Of a DNA stretch of 64,000 bases, positions 37,911-52,340 are shown piece by piece. Numbering within the stretch: the first letter of the stretch is position 1; each line of letters starts with the position of its first letter. This DNA is from Tubiluchus corallicola. Taxonomy: Eukaryota > Animalia > Priapulida. Made by a program: the position numbers and the translations under genes. The stretch spans positions 1-64,000 of the forward strand of contig JAQGDQ010001033.1 in the NCBI GenBank assembly GCA_030141605.1, in the 5' to 3' direction. A model generated the notes under the pieces. The model had not been told where the DNA came from. It ran no database searches and worked only from the letters and a program-made list of their open reading frames with translations.

Positions 37911-39487
37911 AACTTATTATCAGTCAAACAAGATCGTAATTAACCCAGTTTCAGCAAGACTTTATGAATACACATCACGTCTCCAATATCTCTACTATCG
38001 CAGGTCTTTTTTATAATAACAATAATTTATCCAGTATGCTTGCACAGCATGCATGTAGTGTAGTTATGACCACTAATGGACGCACATAGCAAACGCTAGT
38101 CAATGTTATACAGTCTCCTCGCTATTATGCGACTGCAAGTACAGGTAAGCAAATTAATTAATCACGCCTACAGGTGTAAAAGTAGCGAGAAAGTGGACAA
38201 AACGCGTGAAATTAACCACCCAGTAGTGTTCGCCACACGGTGATTTGACGGAACATGCACTAATTACACTAATTCCAAACAATGCAAAGTTCTTATACAG
38301 CTGAAGAAAAATCACGTAACCGTCCACACAACGTACGGCAATAGAGTGACATAAAATAGCAGAGAGAATTCTCTTCAATTATTTCAGTTTTGACGCGTCC
38401 TGTGAAAACTCTTAACCTAGAACGGTCGGATTTTCAAAGGCGCCAAAACTTCTGTAAGCGGATTATGGAGAATCTTTTCGTTTATAAACGCTATTCATTC
38501 AGGTGCCCACGAAAGAATGAAAAAAAAAACTTATGAGCACTGTCCAATATTCATGAAGCACAAGTGTACGATGTCAAAAGTCCTACTGTACTTGCGAATA
38601 TTTTATAACATTTTGCACCAGTTATGATAAAACGCTTTTCATTCAGGTGCCCACGAAAGACTGAAAAAAAACTTATGAACACTGTTCAATATTCATGAAG
38701 CACAAGTGTACGAAGTCAAAACTCCTACTGTACTTGCACAGGAGCGAATATTTTCTAACATTTTGCACCACTTATGATAACATAGGCATCAAACATGCTC
38801 CAAAGTACGATTTCATAACGCCAATCAGTCAAATAATAAACGAAAACATTGTTCACTGTCCACTGTCCAAGGGGCAAAGACAATCACTATACCTTACTGT
38901 GCACTACACGACAGCGTAAAGAAATGTAGAAAATATTTCTCAATTCAGGTATCGACGGGCAAACATATATTTACATGATTACATCATAATTTTACGCGCG
39001 CACGGTGTTCATTGGTGTATAAAGACGAATTTTATTTAAACTGTGCAAATAAGAAACGATAAGAGACGTCTATATCACATATACTGATCAACTTATCGCA
39101 CTATCAACAATGCTAAACGCTCGAGACGCGAAAAACATAAAAAAAAAACCACGAAGGCAAGTGAACGTCAGACCAACATGGTGGTAAAAACTGGGCAAGA
39201 ATTTACCAAGGTAGGCGGTCTAAAGAAAAGAGTCATAAAAATATGGGTGCCATCACGGTCAACTAAGCAGAGGCGTTCTCATTGGACGTGTTTGTCCATT
39301 AGCCACAGCCTTTTGTCAGCTTTCAAGTTTACATACAATGTCAAAGCAAGACCACAAAGCGATTCTCAACAAAGCTAATTACCCAAACGTTATACAGTGC
39401 AATGTATTCGAATCAAGGCGTTTTGCCAGACACAATAATAATAAACAGACCCGAACGAAGTACGAAAATATTATTCCTAGTGAAAAA

Positions 39488-40280
39488 TTAAAGAAAAAAA
39501 CAAGTCACTCAGTATGTTGGGTTTATTTTACTGTTATCACTTAAACTGTTTGTGGTGTGCTAAAGGAAAAAACAAGTAACTCAGTATGTTGGGTTTATTT
39601 TACTGTTATCACTTAAACTGTTTGTGGTGTGCTAAAGGAAAGAACAAGTAACTCAGTATGTTGGGTTTATTTTACTGTTATCACTTAAACTGTTTGTGGT
39701 GTGCTAAAGGAAACAACAAGTCACTCAGTATGTTGGGTTTATTTTACTGTTATCACTTAAACTGTTTGTGGTGTGCTAAAGGAAAGAACAAGTCACTCAG
39801 TATGTTGGGTTTATTTTACTGTTATCACTTAAACTTAAAGCTAAAATATACTACTGCTGATTAGAAATTTTCAGGCGCGGCGGTTGCCGCCTTTCACTTG
39901 AAATTATGACGCAACTTTGAAAGTTCGTGACCATTCGTAAGCACGTCGTGGCTTTCCGTAAATGTGCGCACCGCTTAAATTAATTCAAACTTCTGCAGCT
40001 TATCTAATGTTCACCCAAAAATATTACAAAATAAGGTGCCTAAAGTTTGTAAGAACTTATTATACACTTTTGATGAAGATTGACAGTGCATTGCTTTACT
40101 TCAGGACGAATGACGTCATTGGAACAATGGGAGCACCCTAGCATGAACTGATCGCGACTTTAAAGTGATTTTACTAGTTACACGAGGCGCTTATTGCTCT
40201 TTCATTAATAAATTCTTCTAACATTTTTTGCGAACATTGAAATAAGCCTAACGTTCCAGAAAACTTGACCTTTCCTTTAG
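39488..40280. mobile_element. TTAA-type element family A copy 2
   Basis: ttaaag...caag / cttgacctttcctttag inverted ends; homologous to copy 1. Confidence 0.65.
39490..39835. repeat. About 72-bp minisatellite, about 5 copies, same family as 21023-22168
   Basis: direct sequence match of the units. Confidence 0.95.
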
Positions 40281-42005
40281 TTCTTAGAGTCAGTTGGAGG
40301 ATCTTGACTTCTTAAAGTCAGTTGGAGGATATTGAGTTCTTAAAGTCAGTTGGAGGATCTTGAGTTTTAGAGTCAGTTGGAGAATCTTGACTTGTTAGAG
40401 TCAGTTGGAGGATCTTGAGTTTTAGAGTCAGTTGGAGGATCTTGACTTCTTAAAGTCAGTTGGAAGATCTTGAGTTCTTAGAGTCAGTTGGAGGATATTG
40501 AGGTCTTAGAGTCAGTTGGAGGATCTTCAGTTCTTACAGTCAGTTGGAGGATCTTGACTTCTTAGAGTCAGTTGGAAGATCTTGAGTTCTTAGAGTCAGT
40601 TGGAGGATCTTGACTTCTTAGAGTCAGTTGGAAGATCTTGAGTTCTTAGAGTCAGTTGGAGGATCTTGAGTTCTTAGAGTCAGTTGGAGGATCTTGAGTT
40701 CTTAGAGTCAGTTGGAGGATCTTGACTTCTTAGAGTCAGTTGGTAGATCTTGAGTTCTTAGAGTCAGTTGGAAGATCTTGAGTTCTTAGAGTCAGTTGGA
40801 GGATCTTGCGTTCTTAGAGTCACTTGGAAGATCTTGAGTTCTTAGAGTCACTTGGAGGATCTTGCGTTCTTAGAGTCAGTTGGAAGATCTTGAGTTCTTA
40901 GAGTCAGTTGGAGGATCTTGAGTTCTTAGAGTCAGTTGAAGGACCTTGACTTCTTAGAGTCAGTTGGAAGATCTTGAGTTCTTAGAGTCAGTTGGAAGAT
41001 CTTGAGTTCTTAGAGTCAGTTGGAGGATCTTGAGTTCTTAGAGTCAGTTGGAAGATCCTGAGGTCTTAGAGTCAGTTGGAGGATCTTTAGTTCTTACAGT
41101 CAGTTGGAGGATCTTGACTTCTTAGTGTCAGTTGGAGAATCTTGAGTTCTTAGAGTCAGTTGGAGAATCTTGAGTTCTTAGAGTCAGTTGGAGGATCTTG
41201 AGTTCTTAGAGTCAGTTGGAAGATCTTGAGTTCTTAGAGTCAGTTGGAAGATCTTCAGTTCTTAGAGTGAGTTGGAGAATCTTGAGTTCTTAGAGTCAGT
41301 TGGAGGATCTTGACTTCTTAGAGTCAGTTGGAGGATCTTGAGTTCTTAGAGTCAGTTGGAAGATCTTGAGTTCTTAGAGTGATTGGGAGGATCTTGAGTT
41401 CTGGAGGATCTTGAGTTCTTACAATCAGTTGGAGGGTCTTGAGTTCTTAGAGTCAGTTGGAGGATCTTGAGTTCTTAGAGTCAGATGGAGAATCTTGAGT
41501 TCTTAGAGTCAGTTGGAAGATCTTGACTTCTTAGAGTCAGTTGGAGGATCTTGAGTTCTTAGAGTCAGTTGGAAGATGTTGAGTTCTTAGAGTCAGTTGG
41601 AAGATCTTGAGTTCTTAGAGTGAGTTGGAGAATCTTGAGTTCTTAGAGTCAGTTGGAGGATCTTGACTTCTTAGAGTCAGTTGGAGGATCTTGAGTTCTT
41701 AGAGTCAGTTGGAAGATCTTGAGTTCTTAGAGTCAGTTGGAAGATATTGAGTTCTTAGAGTGATTGGGAGGATCTTGAGTTCTGGAGGATCTTGAGTTCT
41801 TACAATCAGTTGGAGGGTCTTGAGTTCTTAGAGTCAGATGGAGAATCTTGAGTTCTTAGAGTCAGTTGGAAGATCTTGAGGCCTTAGAGTCAGTTGGAAG
41901 ATCTTGAGTTCTTACAATCAGTTGGAGGATCTTGACTTCTTAAAGTCAGTTGGAGGGTCTTGAGTTCTTACAGTCAGTTAGAGGATCTTGAGTTCTTAGA
42001 GTCAC
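40281..42005. repeat. 28-bp minisatellite, about 60 copies
   Basis: unit ttcttagagtcagttggaggatcttgag; begins immediately after the right end of TTAA element A copy 2. Confidence 0.97.
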
Positions 42006-42853
42006 TAAGCCAATCATATCACTAAACATTAAAGCTGTGCGAGACACGGGGCTGCGACATCAAATTTTCAGGGCATGGCAGTTTCACTATTGTGTGAGCA
42101 ACATATGTATAATACTGTTCTGCATTATTACTGATTGTTTTTGAACCCCCTCCTAGCAAAAAGTTACATACAACTGAATAGTCTCTAGCATTTTTTGTGC
42201 ATCATTTTGCAATTATTTTGTTATTGATAACTGAAGTAGTTAACAATGCAAACAAGAAACATTCACAAAAACACACACTCCACATTCAGAGCCTATTGCA
42301 AATGATCTGCAGCTCAACATTCATAGCACTAAGCAACTGAAAATGAACTGCTTTAAAACTACTAATTTCTGGCCCAATGGCAGTAATGATGACAATGACC
42401 ACATGACGAATGGCCAAGCCTTGTGTGAGTCGGTCATTCACTTTTGTACAAAATTCGGTACCACAAAAGAAGCTACATTTAATCCGAGCACTGGGTCTTC
42501 TAATATAGCACATAATTCTTTGCATTCAGATTTCATGATAAGATATGCATCTTCCCCCTCTTTAACAATTGCAGCACAAGAGAGGGCGGTAAAAGTGAAA
42601 TAATATACAGAGACAGAAACTGGTTACCTCTCTAAATGATAATCCCACAGACCAGGTAATTAAAAAATGTTCCAAACTTCTCGGGGCAATTTCAGCAGTT
42701 AATACTTTGGGTTTAATCCCAGCTAATTGAGGACAGAAAATCTCTGCATGCCAATTACTTTCAAATTATGATAAGTTAAGCTGTCCCACCGACAACATTC
42801 TTATAGCCATTAACAATTTTATATTTGCCACACTGTAACTTAAAATGTACTTC

Positions 42854-43114
42854 TGCAAATGTGAATGTAATGATAGTAGAATAATTTAAAGCCATGTTGA
42901 AACATCTTGTCCACTAATTTTGCATAAGATGTTGAATGTTACAGGTATGCAAATGTGAATGTAATGATAGTAGAATAATTTAAAGCCATGTTGAAACATC
43001 TTGTCCATTAATTTTGCATAAGATGTTGAATGTTACAGGTATGCAAATGTGAATGTAATGATAGTAGAATAATTTAAAGCCATGTTGAAACATCTTGTCC
43101 ATTAATTTTGCATA
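42854..43114. repeat. 94-bp tandem repeat, about 3 copies
   Basis: tgcaaatgtgaatgtaatgatag... at 42854, 42948 and 43042. Confidence 0.93.
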
Positions 43115-44167
43115 GTAGGTTCAATGCTGCAGGTATTTAACTTCTTTCTTTGTAATTAATCACCATAAAGTGGTTTTTGAATGCCTGCCAAACTAGATTT
43201 TCTAGGCTTGGAGTATAAAAACCCATTTAGAGAGTTCTCTACAAAACAATTATCACGTAAGACATGTGCTTGTTTAACCACTATGTGTGCACAATATTTA
43301 TATTTATAGGTATGTAAAACTATAGTGTAAAATGCTAGCTTAATAGATAAAAAAATGTGGTTTATTTACAATTTGCTAACTTGTAATTGCTGTTCATCAT
43401 TTTCTAAGTGCAATAGTAATCACTTGTCGTGTTTTGTGATTCTTATGCCGTTTTATTTTACGAGGAACAAAATTTAGATCTTACAACAACACTAAACTAA
43501 ATTCTCAGTTTCTTTCCAGCTTCGCTAGCCAAACTTGAACACTCTACCCCATTAGAAAAAACAGTAAAAAAATTAATTAAATTTCAGTCCAATTTAGACA
43601 CAAAAACTACAAAACCAACATAGAATTCTCGACACAAGCAATCAATCAGCCCGACAAAAAGTCCTGCGATCATAAAATGGGATGTAGTGAAAATTCAGAG
43701 CAGCACATGGACAGCTACGAGCCTCTTTCCTATGAAAATTTGGGACATAACAAATTTTGCATCCTGGAATTTTTTTAAAAGCAGACCAACATTTATACTA
43801 AAAGATCAAGGCACCTTCAATCGTCCTTCATGAATTTAAATAACAATTAGAAATTGTTGTGCAAACATTTAACTTAAAAAGCTTGATGATGTTGGAGTTT
43901 CGTGTTTATAATCATTAGCAGAAGGTAGTGAAAATACAGAAGTCTATCAGTACAGTAGTTCTTTTCAGATTTTCATGTAATTTATCCAAAAAAATCGCCA
44001 AACGATTCAGTTCAGCTGTAGCAATTTTCAAACATTTTGCCTTGTTTAGAAAAAATATAAAGTGCATCCTGACTTTCGTGCACTTTTTTATTGAAATAAC
44101 GTTTTAACTGCGCTCTAGCAATCTATAATAGGAAATGAGGAATGATCTGAAATTTGTCAAAAACATC

Positions 44168-46040
44168 CAAAAACAAAAGCATCAAGCAAGCGAAGGAACT
44201 ATAGAAACACAAAAACAGAAGCAGCAAGCAAGCGAAGCAACTATAGAAACACAAAAACAGAAGCAGCAAGCAAGCGAAGCAACTATAGAAACACAAAAAC
44301 AGAAGCAGCAAGCAAGCGAAGCAACTATAGAAACCCAAAAACAGAAGCAGCTAGCAAGCGAAGCAACTATAGAAACACAAAAACAGAAGCAGCAAGCAAG
44401 CGAAGCAACTATTGAAACACAAAACAGAAGCAGCTAGCAAGCGAAGCAACTATAGAAACACAAAAACAGAAGCATCAAGCAAGCGAAGCAACTATAGAAA
44501 CACAAAAACAGAAGCATCAAGCAAGCGAAGCAACTATAGAAACACAAAAACAGAAGCAGCAAGCAAGCGAAGCAACTATAGAAACACAAAAACAGAAGCA
44601 GCAAGCAAGCGAAGCAACTATAGAAACACAAAAACAGAAGCATCAAGCAAGCGAAGCAACTATAGAAACACAAAAACAGAAGCATCAAGCAAGCGAAGCA
44701 ACTATAGAAACACAAAAACAGAAGCAGCGAGTAAGCGAAGCAACTATAGAAACACAAAAACAGAAGCAGCAAGCAAGCGAAGCAACAATAGAAACACAAA
44801 AACAGAAGCAGCTAGCAAGCGAAGCAACAATAGAAACACAAAAACAGAAGCAGCAAGCAAGCGAAGCAACTATAGAAACACAAAAACAGAAGCAGCAAGG
44901 GTGGGGGGTGGGGGGGTGGGGAAGCGAAGCAACAATAGAACACAAAAACAGAAGCAGCAAGCGAAAACATAGAAACAAAAAACGAAGCACGCAAGCGAAT
45001 GGGGAGCGAAGCAACTATAGAAACACAAAAACAGAAGCAGCAAGCAAGCGAAGCAACTATAGAAACACAAAAACAGAAGCAGCAAGCAAGCGAAGCAACT
45101 ATAGAAACACAAAAACAGAAGCAGGGGGAAGCAGCGGCAACTAGAAACAAAAAACAAACATCAAGCAAGCGAAGCAACTATAGAAACACAAAAACAGAAG
45201 CATCAAGCAAGCGAAGCAACTACAGAAACACAAAAACAGAAGCATCAAGCAAGCGAAGCAACTACAGAAACACAAAAACAGAAGCATCAAGCAAGCGAAG
45301 CAACTACAGAAACACAAAAACAGAAGCATCAAGCAAGCGAAGCAACTACAGAAACACAAAAACATCAAGCAAGCGAAGCAACTATAGAAACACAAAAACA
45401 GAAACAGCAAGTAAGCGAAGCAACTATAGAAACACAAAAACAGAAGCAGCTAGCAAGCGAAGCAACTATAGAAACACAAAAACAGAAACAGCAAGTACGC
45501 GAAGCAACTATAGAAACACAAAAACAGAAGCAGCAAGCAAGCGAAGCAACTATAGAAACACAAAAACAGAAACAGCAAGTAAGCGAAGCAACTATAGAAA
45601 CACAAAAACAGAAGCAGCTAGCAAGCGAAGCAACAATAGAAACACAAAAACAGAAGCAGCTAGCAAGCGAAGCAACAATAGAAACACAAAAACAGAAGCA
45701 GCTAGCAAGCGAAGCAACTACAGAAACACAAAAACAGAAGCAGCAAGCAAGCGAAGAAACTACAGAAACACAAAAACAGAAGCAGCAAGCAAGCGAAGCA
45801 ACAATAGAAACACAAAAACAGAAGCAGCTAGCAAGCGAAGCAACAATAGAAACACAAAAACAGAAGCAGCTAGCAAGCGAAGCAACTACAGAAACACAAA
45901 AACAGAAGCATCAAGCAAGCGAAGCAACTACAGAAACACAAAAACAGAAGCATCAAGCAAGCGAAGCAACTACAGAAACAAAAAAACAAAAGCATCAAGC
46001 AAGCGAAGCAACTACAGAAACACTAAAACAGAAGCAGCAA
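44168..46040. repeat. 42-bp minisatellite, about 44 copies
   Basis: unit gcaagcaagcgaagcaactatagaaacacaaaaacagaagca. Confidence 0.97.
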
Positions 46041-49000
46041 TTCAACTGAAAATCCTAAAGAAAAATACAAAACAAAGACAAGAAGACCTTATCATAAATG
46101 GAATTTTACATGGCCTCAAAGCACTTTTGTTCTTTAATAATTTGAAATCATTCATTTCCTGATAGCGACTGTTATAGTATAATTTCATAAAAAAGTATAT
46201 AAAAAATTGCTTTTTTGCATATGGGATATTTGTAGGATTCAGTCAAACGCCTCTTAATCAAATTCGCCAATGCCCGTCAATCATTGCAAACCTAAACTTT
46301 CAACACAGGGAGACTCGCCTCGCTCCTGTCATGCAGCAGACAGACATTAATGTTGACAAGTTTTAGCAGAGATAATTGCAGGGTTGCCAGTTTGGTGACA
46401 AACAAGGTGAAAGTCAACAGGCTTGGCCAATCAGCATAACTTAACTGAGCCGGCTTATGCCCCTGGCTATTTTACACACAATGGACAATGTGTACATGCC
46501 AAATTGCTTGAAACTGGACAGTAATCCTCTGTAAGCAACTACTAGCTGGTACAACTACAATTACCTGGTTTACCCAGGGATAAAAGATACCCAAAGGCAA
46601 ACAAATTAGTAATTGTGGGGGTAAATATAAAGGTGATAATGACAGTTATAATGGGGAACACTAATGCAGGCTAATTAATATACTTCTAATATAATTAATT
46701 AATATACATTTGGTCGTTTCTTCTCCTCTTTTCCTTCTTCCTATCCCTAATCTTACTATTTTTTCCATTCCATCATGTCTACTAAAGCTAACCGTTCTTT
46801 CATTCACTCATCCTCCCCTCCCTTCCTTCTTCCTATCCCTAAGCTTACTATTTTTTTCCATTCCATCATGTCTACTAAACCTAACCATTCTTTCATTCAC
46901 TCATTTGTGCCACCTTAACAAGTCAAGCTTTCAAGGTATCATACAGCAACTCTTTTATTTGGTTAATTTGACTTCATCAACATTTTTTTTCCTATACTGT
47001 TTCCTTTTGTTATAATAATATTGTATGTTGATGTATTGTATATGTATTACTGGAGTGAAATAAATTGATTGATTGATACTTTAAAATCATCAGTCGGTTC
47101 TGCATCCTATCTTAAAAAGCGAAGTATTCGCGTTTAATGAAAAACACGAAACTTCTACAAACTGCACTTAGAATTCTTTTGCTAAAAACAACAGAAGTCC
47201 AGGCTTAATAAGCCCAATTTGGTTTAAATTGTATAGAGGCGAAATTAAATGAACACAACGAATTACATCAGCATTACTTGTAAAGCCACAATTCAAAAGA
47301 ACAAGCAACTATTCCATTTCATTGGTTATCAAGTGCGTCTCACAACCTCTATCCTATGTCTTTGACTTTATATTTACTTTATTACATTTATTACTCTAAT
47401 TATGTTTGTGTATTTTTATTATATATATGCGTTCCTGAAACGTTATAGAGAAAAATAAACTTGGTCTGATTTGAATTGATTCATTTGAACTAATTAGAGC
47501 TGATCTGCAACAGAATACATATTACTGACAAGATAGAAAATGCAAAATCGTGTCATGAGTTTAATTGTTTGCTTGTAATTGTATTGTGTGAAATTTCCTA
47601 GTGTCCAATCTCACATCTGTAGAGAACTAAATAGTCCACAAATAAAAGTTGTTTTAGTTACTTTTAATTGTGAACAATCTGCATTGAAAGTGGCGCAGGT
47701 TTAAAACATGCGAGAGTTTTTTGAATGGTTTGAGGTGATTACCAGTAATAAAATGGCCGAGTTTGAATAAACATCGATTTTTGTGTGCAGTTCAAGATGA
47801 TTGGATGTGTTTGCATTAAATCAGTATATTACATACATTGTGACAAATGTTTCATTGGGCATCAGGCTACCAGATGAGGTATATAGAGCTCGCAGGTCTA
47901 GACACACTCTCGGTGTGACTCAACTTCGAATATAAGGGACATCGGATATAAAGGACGGATGCAAAACAATGCAGTTGTTTTGGCCACAAAGTGGTGCAAC
48001 ATGGATTAGTATGCCCCCAGTGCATCAACACTGTCAATGGCATCTCCTTTTCACTAACTCCGCAACAGTTAAACATCATTATTCCCTGAGAATGAAACAG
48101 TGTTTAAAAGGTTTACATCAGACTTCATATGCGGAATGTGTTTAGTGTTTAGATGGCACATCTGTGATGCAATATTTGTGGATTTAGTTCGCGCTATAAA
48201 TCGTTCTTGTCCGATATTTTGTTGTCGTAAAACTAAGAAATTTGTAGCTGGAACATTCAGCCTGCTACAGCATCTACCTACTAATCAATCTGTGACAATC
48301 TTAACACGTCGAACAAATTTATTGTTGTAAAAATTTTAGGACTGGAGCAGCTAATATGAATCGGATGGGTACTAAGTGGAACCACATGACTATTCTTTGG
48401 CATTAATTAGTTAGGCCCACAATAATTGAATAGGCCTGTAGAAACAGCAATTATCAATAATGTGCAAATGCTCTACATGGTGTTTGTTTACTGTCGTCTA
48501 TCAACACAGGCTGGTATGTTAGTTAACAACAAAACAAAAACAAACTCAGATTCAAACTTCACTAATTGACTATGCCACCAGCACTTAGTCTAGTAGCCAG
48601 CTACATGAAATGTCGCAGTGGCTACTTGTGTTCAAGGGAGACCTGTTTTTTGCATACCAACTGAATTCTTGCGGGCTTGCGGAATCTTGCATCTTCGGAA
48701 TCTTGCAAAGTAAATAGGTAATAACGCTTTACCAATATGTAACAACATTATTATAACACAGTTTAACACTTTTGAATGCTAACACGGACCCCCTGAGAAA
48801 TTCATTAATATGCTCAGTATAACCTCATGAGGATGTACAAAATATTACAATTAATGTCAACACTCGTTTCAAAGACAAATTAAATGCAGCGGACTCAACA
48901 ATGCAAATACTGCCAATGTCCACGTGTGCTAATTATCAATTAAGTAATTAATTACTGCATGTTCTCTTAAATGACAATAGATCCAAAAGTTCATTATTTC

Positions 49001-49129
49001 CTGTCACCTTCATAACGTCCTCTTCTCCCCTTAACACTATAAATGCAAGTCACAACAAGCGATCGATCACTCATTCAGATAATAGTTTAGTCTAACCAAT
49101 TAATCAGATTAATAGCTCATACTCACAAT

Positions 49130-49487
49130 CAGGGCCTATTTCAGCCTAGGCGAGGCCCGGGGAAGTGGGGCGTATGAGGCCCCATCGGGAGGAATGGTTG
49201 GCACCTAGAAAATTTTTGAACTGCTACAATGCCGGAGAAGCATTTTCGAATGGAAAATATGGAGTTATACAGTTGTTAAAGGAAAGAACAATTGAAAGAA
49301 AAACTGCTTTATTCTCAAGACCCATCCTTAATACTTGTCAATACTGGCAAACGGTGCGCGTGCGGCAGGAGAGAGAGGAGGCAGTATGTTCGCATAAAGC
49401 AAAAAAATGTTACCTTGGCGCGAGGCCCCCCTGGAGGGTGAGGCCCCGGGGAAGTATCCCCACTTACCCCCCTTGAAATAGGCACTG
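49130..49487. mobile_element. hAT-type MITE
   Basis: TIR cagggcctatttca / tgaaataggcactg; perfect 8-bp TSD ctcacaat. Confidence 0.88.
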
Positions 49488-50015
49488 CTCACAATACATA
49501 TAGTTACGATGTTAAGAAGTTTTGAATCATCATTCATGCTGGTAAAGCAGCAAATAAGGCATTTAGGTAAGAGATGAAGAATCCAGGTATGTGAGTTTCA
49601 GTTTGTATGTCAAGCTAACAATGTTGAAGCTAACAATCCAGGCCAGGACATGAATAAAGTAAGCTTAGAGTATTATTTTCAATTTTACTTACACATGCTC
49701 ACAATTTCATCCCAGAAGCACCCATCTGGCTTGGATACGATCAATGCATGATTCAGCTTTCAAAAAGCAAAATACGTGACAATGCAGGGTCGGACCATAG
49801 AGTAGCAGGCTTAATCGGCACTCAATCACAATCCGGGTCCCTACCGATTGTCTCCGAGCAATCGCCTATTCAATGCGGTGGATTGGCTCGATAGGTAAAG
49901 GGCCATGTTAGCCTGCTGTTTGTTTCAACAAAGGATTAATTGTTTTTATTACCAGACTAGGCAGCAAAATAAAAATATTATAACATCCAATCAGAAGCTT
50001 ACACAGTTTTCCCAT

Positions 50016-50368
50016 TACATCCGTTAATCTAAATTAACTTTTTACATCCGTTAATCTAAATGAACTTTCTACATCCGTTAATCTAAATGAACTTTCTACA
50101 TCCGTTAATCTAAATGAACTTTCTGCATCCGTTAATCTAAATGAACTTTCTACATCCGTTAATCTAAATGAACTTTCTACATCCGTTAATCTAAATGAAC
50201 TTTCTACATCCGTTAATCTAAATGAACTTTCTACATCCGTTAATCTAAATGAACTTTCTACATCCATTAATCTAAATGAACTTTCTACATCCGTTAATCT
50301 AAATGAACTTTCTACATCCGTTAATCTAAATGAACTTTCTACATCCATTAATCTAAATGAACTTTCTA
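50016..50368. repeat. 27-bp minisatellite, about 13 copies
   Basis: unit acatccgttaatctaaatgaactttct. Confidence 0.96.
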
Positions 50369-50949
50369 GAGATGTGACCATTTTAACTTGTGTCCAACCC
50401 ACCCTTGGACTAAAAATAGGAACAATTTGCTCTGCCAGACAAATTGTGAGTCTCATAACATAAGAAAACTCGCCTGAGAGCATAACATTTAGAAATGAGG
50501 CGTGAAGTGTTTAAAGATAGATTAAACGGACTGCTATTAACGCAAAGGCTACACAAATTTAAATTTGATTATCATGCAAAATGTATGTCATTTATTAGGA
50601 ACATAAGCATGTTTGTTTATCAATAATAATGGTGATAATAATGAAGACGACGATGATATTTGTGATGATGACCGTATCAATAATTTCGAATAATTGCTTA
50701 GTTTACTTGAATAAACCCACATAGTAACAGCAACTACTACACAGCTACTACTACTAGTAGCAGTAACAGTAAATTACTATAGTAAACCCACCATAAACAC
50801 ATTTTTGAAACAAAAGGGACTCTATACGATTTGTAGGAATTTAATTATTTATCCAAGTTCAAGCACATTCATGATCGTCTGGTATTTCAACGACTGACAT
50901 TTTATTTTTATTAAGATTAACATTCCACAATAATTTACAGGGTATGTAG

Positions 50950-51961
50950 TGACCACAGATGAAGTCCAGGTGTGATAGGTATGCAGTCAGCAAAATGACC
51001 ACAGATGAAGTCCAGGTGTGATAGGTATGCAGTCAGCAGAATGACCACAGATGAAGCCCAGGTGTGATAGGCATGCAGTCAGCAGAATGACCACAGATGA
51101 AACCCAGGTGTGATAGGCATGCAGTCAGCAGAATGACCACAGATGAAACCCAGGTGTGATAGGCATGCAGTCAGCAGAATGACCACAGATGAAGCCCAGG
51201 TGTGATAGGCATGCAGTCAGCAGAATGACCACAGATGAAGCCCAGGTGTGATAGGTATGCAGTCAGCAGAATGACCACAGATGAAGCCCAGGTGTGATAG
51301 GCATGCAGTCAGCAGAATGACCACAGATGAAGCCCAGGTGTGATAGGCATGCAGTCAGCAGAATGACCACAGATGAAGTCCAGGTGTGATAGGCATGCAG
51401 TCAGCAGAATGACCACAGATGAAACCCAGGTGTGATAGGCATGCAGTCAGCAGAATGACCACAGATGAAGCCCAGGTGTGATAGGCATGCAGTCAGCAGA
51501 ATGACCACAGATGAAGCCCAGGTGTGATAGGCATGCAGTCAGCAGAATGACCACAGATGAAGCCCAGGTGTGATAGGCATGCAGTCAGCAGAATGACCAC
51601 AGATGAAGCCCAGGTGTGATAGGCATGCAGTCAGCAGAATGACCACAGATGAAACCCAGGTGTGATAGGTATGCAGTCAGCAGAATGACCACAGATGAAA
51701 CCCAGGTGTGATAGGCATGCAGTCAGCAGAATGACCACAGATGAAACCCAGGTGTGATAGGCATGCAGTCAGCAGAATGACCACAGATGAAACCCAGGTG
51801 TGATAGGCATGCAGTCAGCAGAATGACCACAGATGAAACCCAGGTGTGATAGGTATGCAGTCAGCAGAATGACCACAGATGAAACCCAGGTGTGATAGGC
51901 ATGCAGTCAGCAGAATGACCACAGATGAAACCCAGGTGTGATAGGCATGCAGTCAGCAGAA
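50950..51961. repeat. 46-bp minisatellite, about 22 copies
   Basis: unit tgaccacagatgaagcccaggtgtgataggcatgcagtcagcagaa. Confidence 0.97.
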
Positions 51962-52090
51962 TTACTAAAATGCGTACATCCATCATATCAAATACGCGGT
52001 CGCTCAACGAAAATCGACAGGGACCTGGAATGTTACAGAGTGCCGGCTTCCACTTATAGTATTAGGTGTTGGCCACTGTTTAGCACACTA

Positions 52091-52340
52091 GCCCATATAC
52101 CGCACAGTGCAATGCAGCCTATATATCCTGCCTACTATTCGGGCTGGCCCAAACAGCACATCGGCTGCCCATATACCGCACAGTGCGATGCAGCCCATAT
52201 ACCACCCTGCCTGCTACTTGGGGTGGCCCAAACGGCACGTGCGGTACATCGGCTGCCCATATACCGCACAGTGCAATGCAGCCCATATACCACCCTGCCT
52301 TGCTACTTGGGGTGGCCCAAACAGCAGGTACATCGGCTGC
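52091..52340. repeat. About 76-87-bp GC-rich tandem repeat, 3 copies
   Basis: gcccatataccgcacagtgcaatgcagcc...tggcccaaac...catcggct repeated three times. Confidence 0.88.

Noticed and set aside
42286-42603. Overlapping short ORFs in non-repetitive sequence
   Set aside because: No recognisable domain or convincing splice pair; possibly a decayed transposon
44135-46162. Repetitive ORFs (QQASEATIETQKQK / SKRSNYRNTKTEA)
   Set aside because: 42-bp minisatellite read-through with frame switches and no splice or domain support
47867-48330. Short ORFs on both strands
   Set aside because: Interrupted by stops; no recognisable homology
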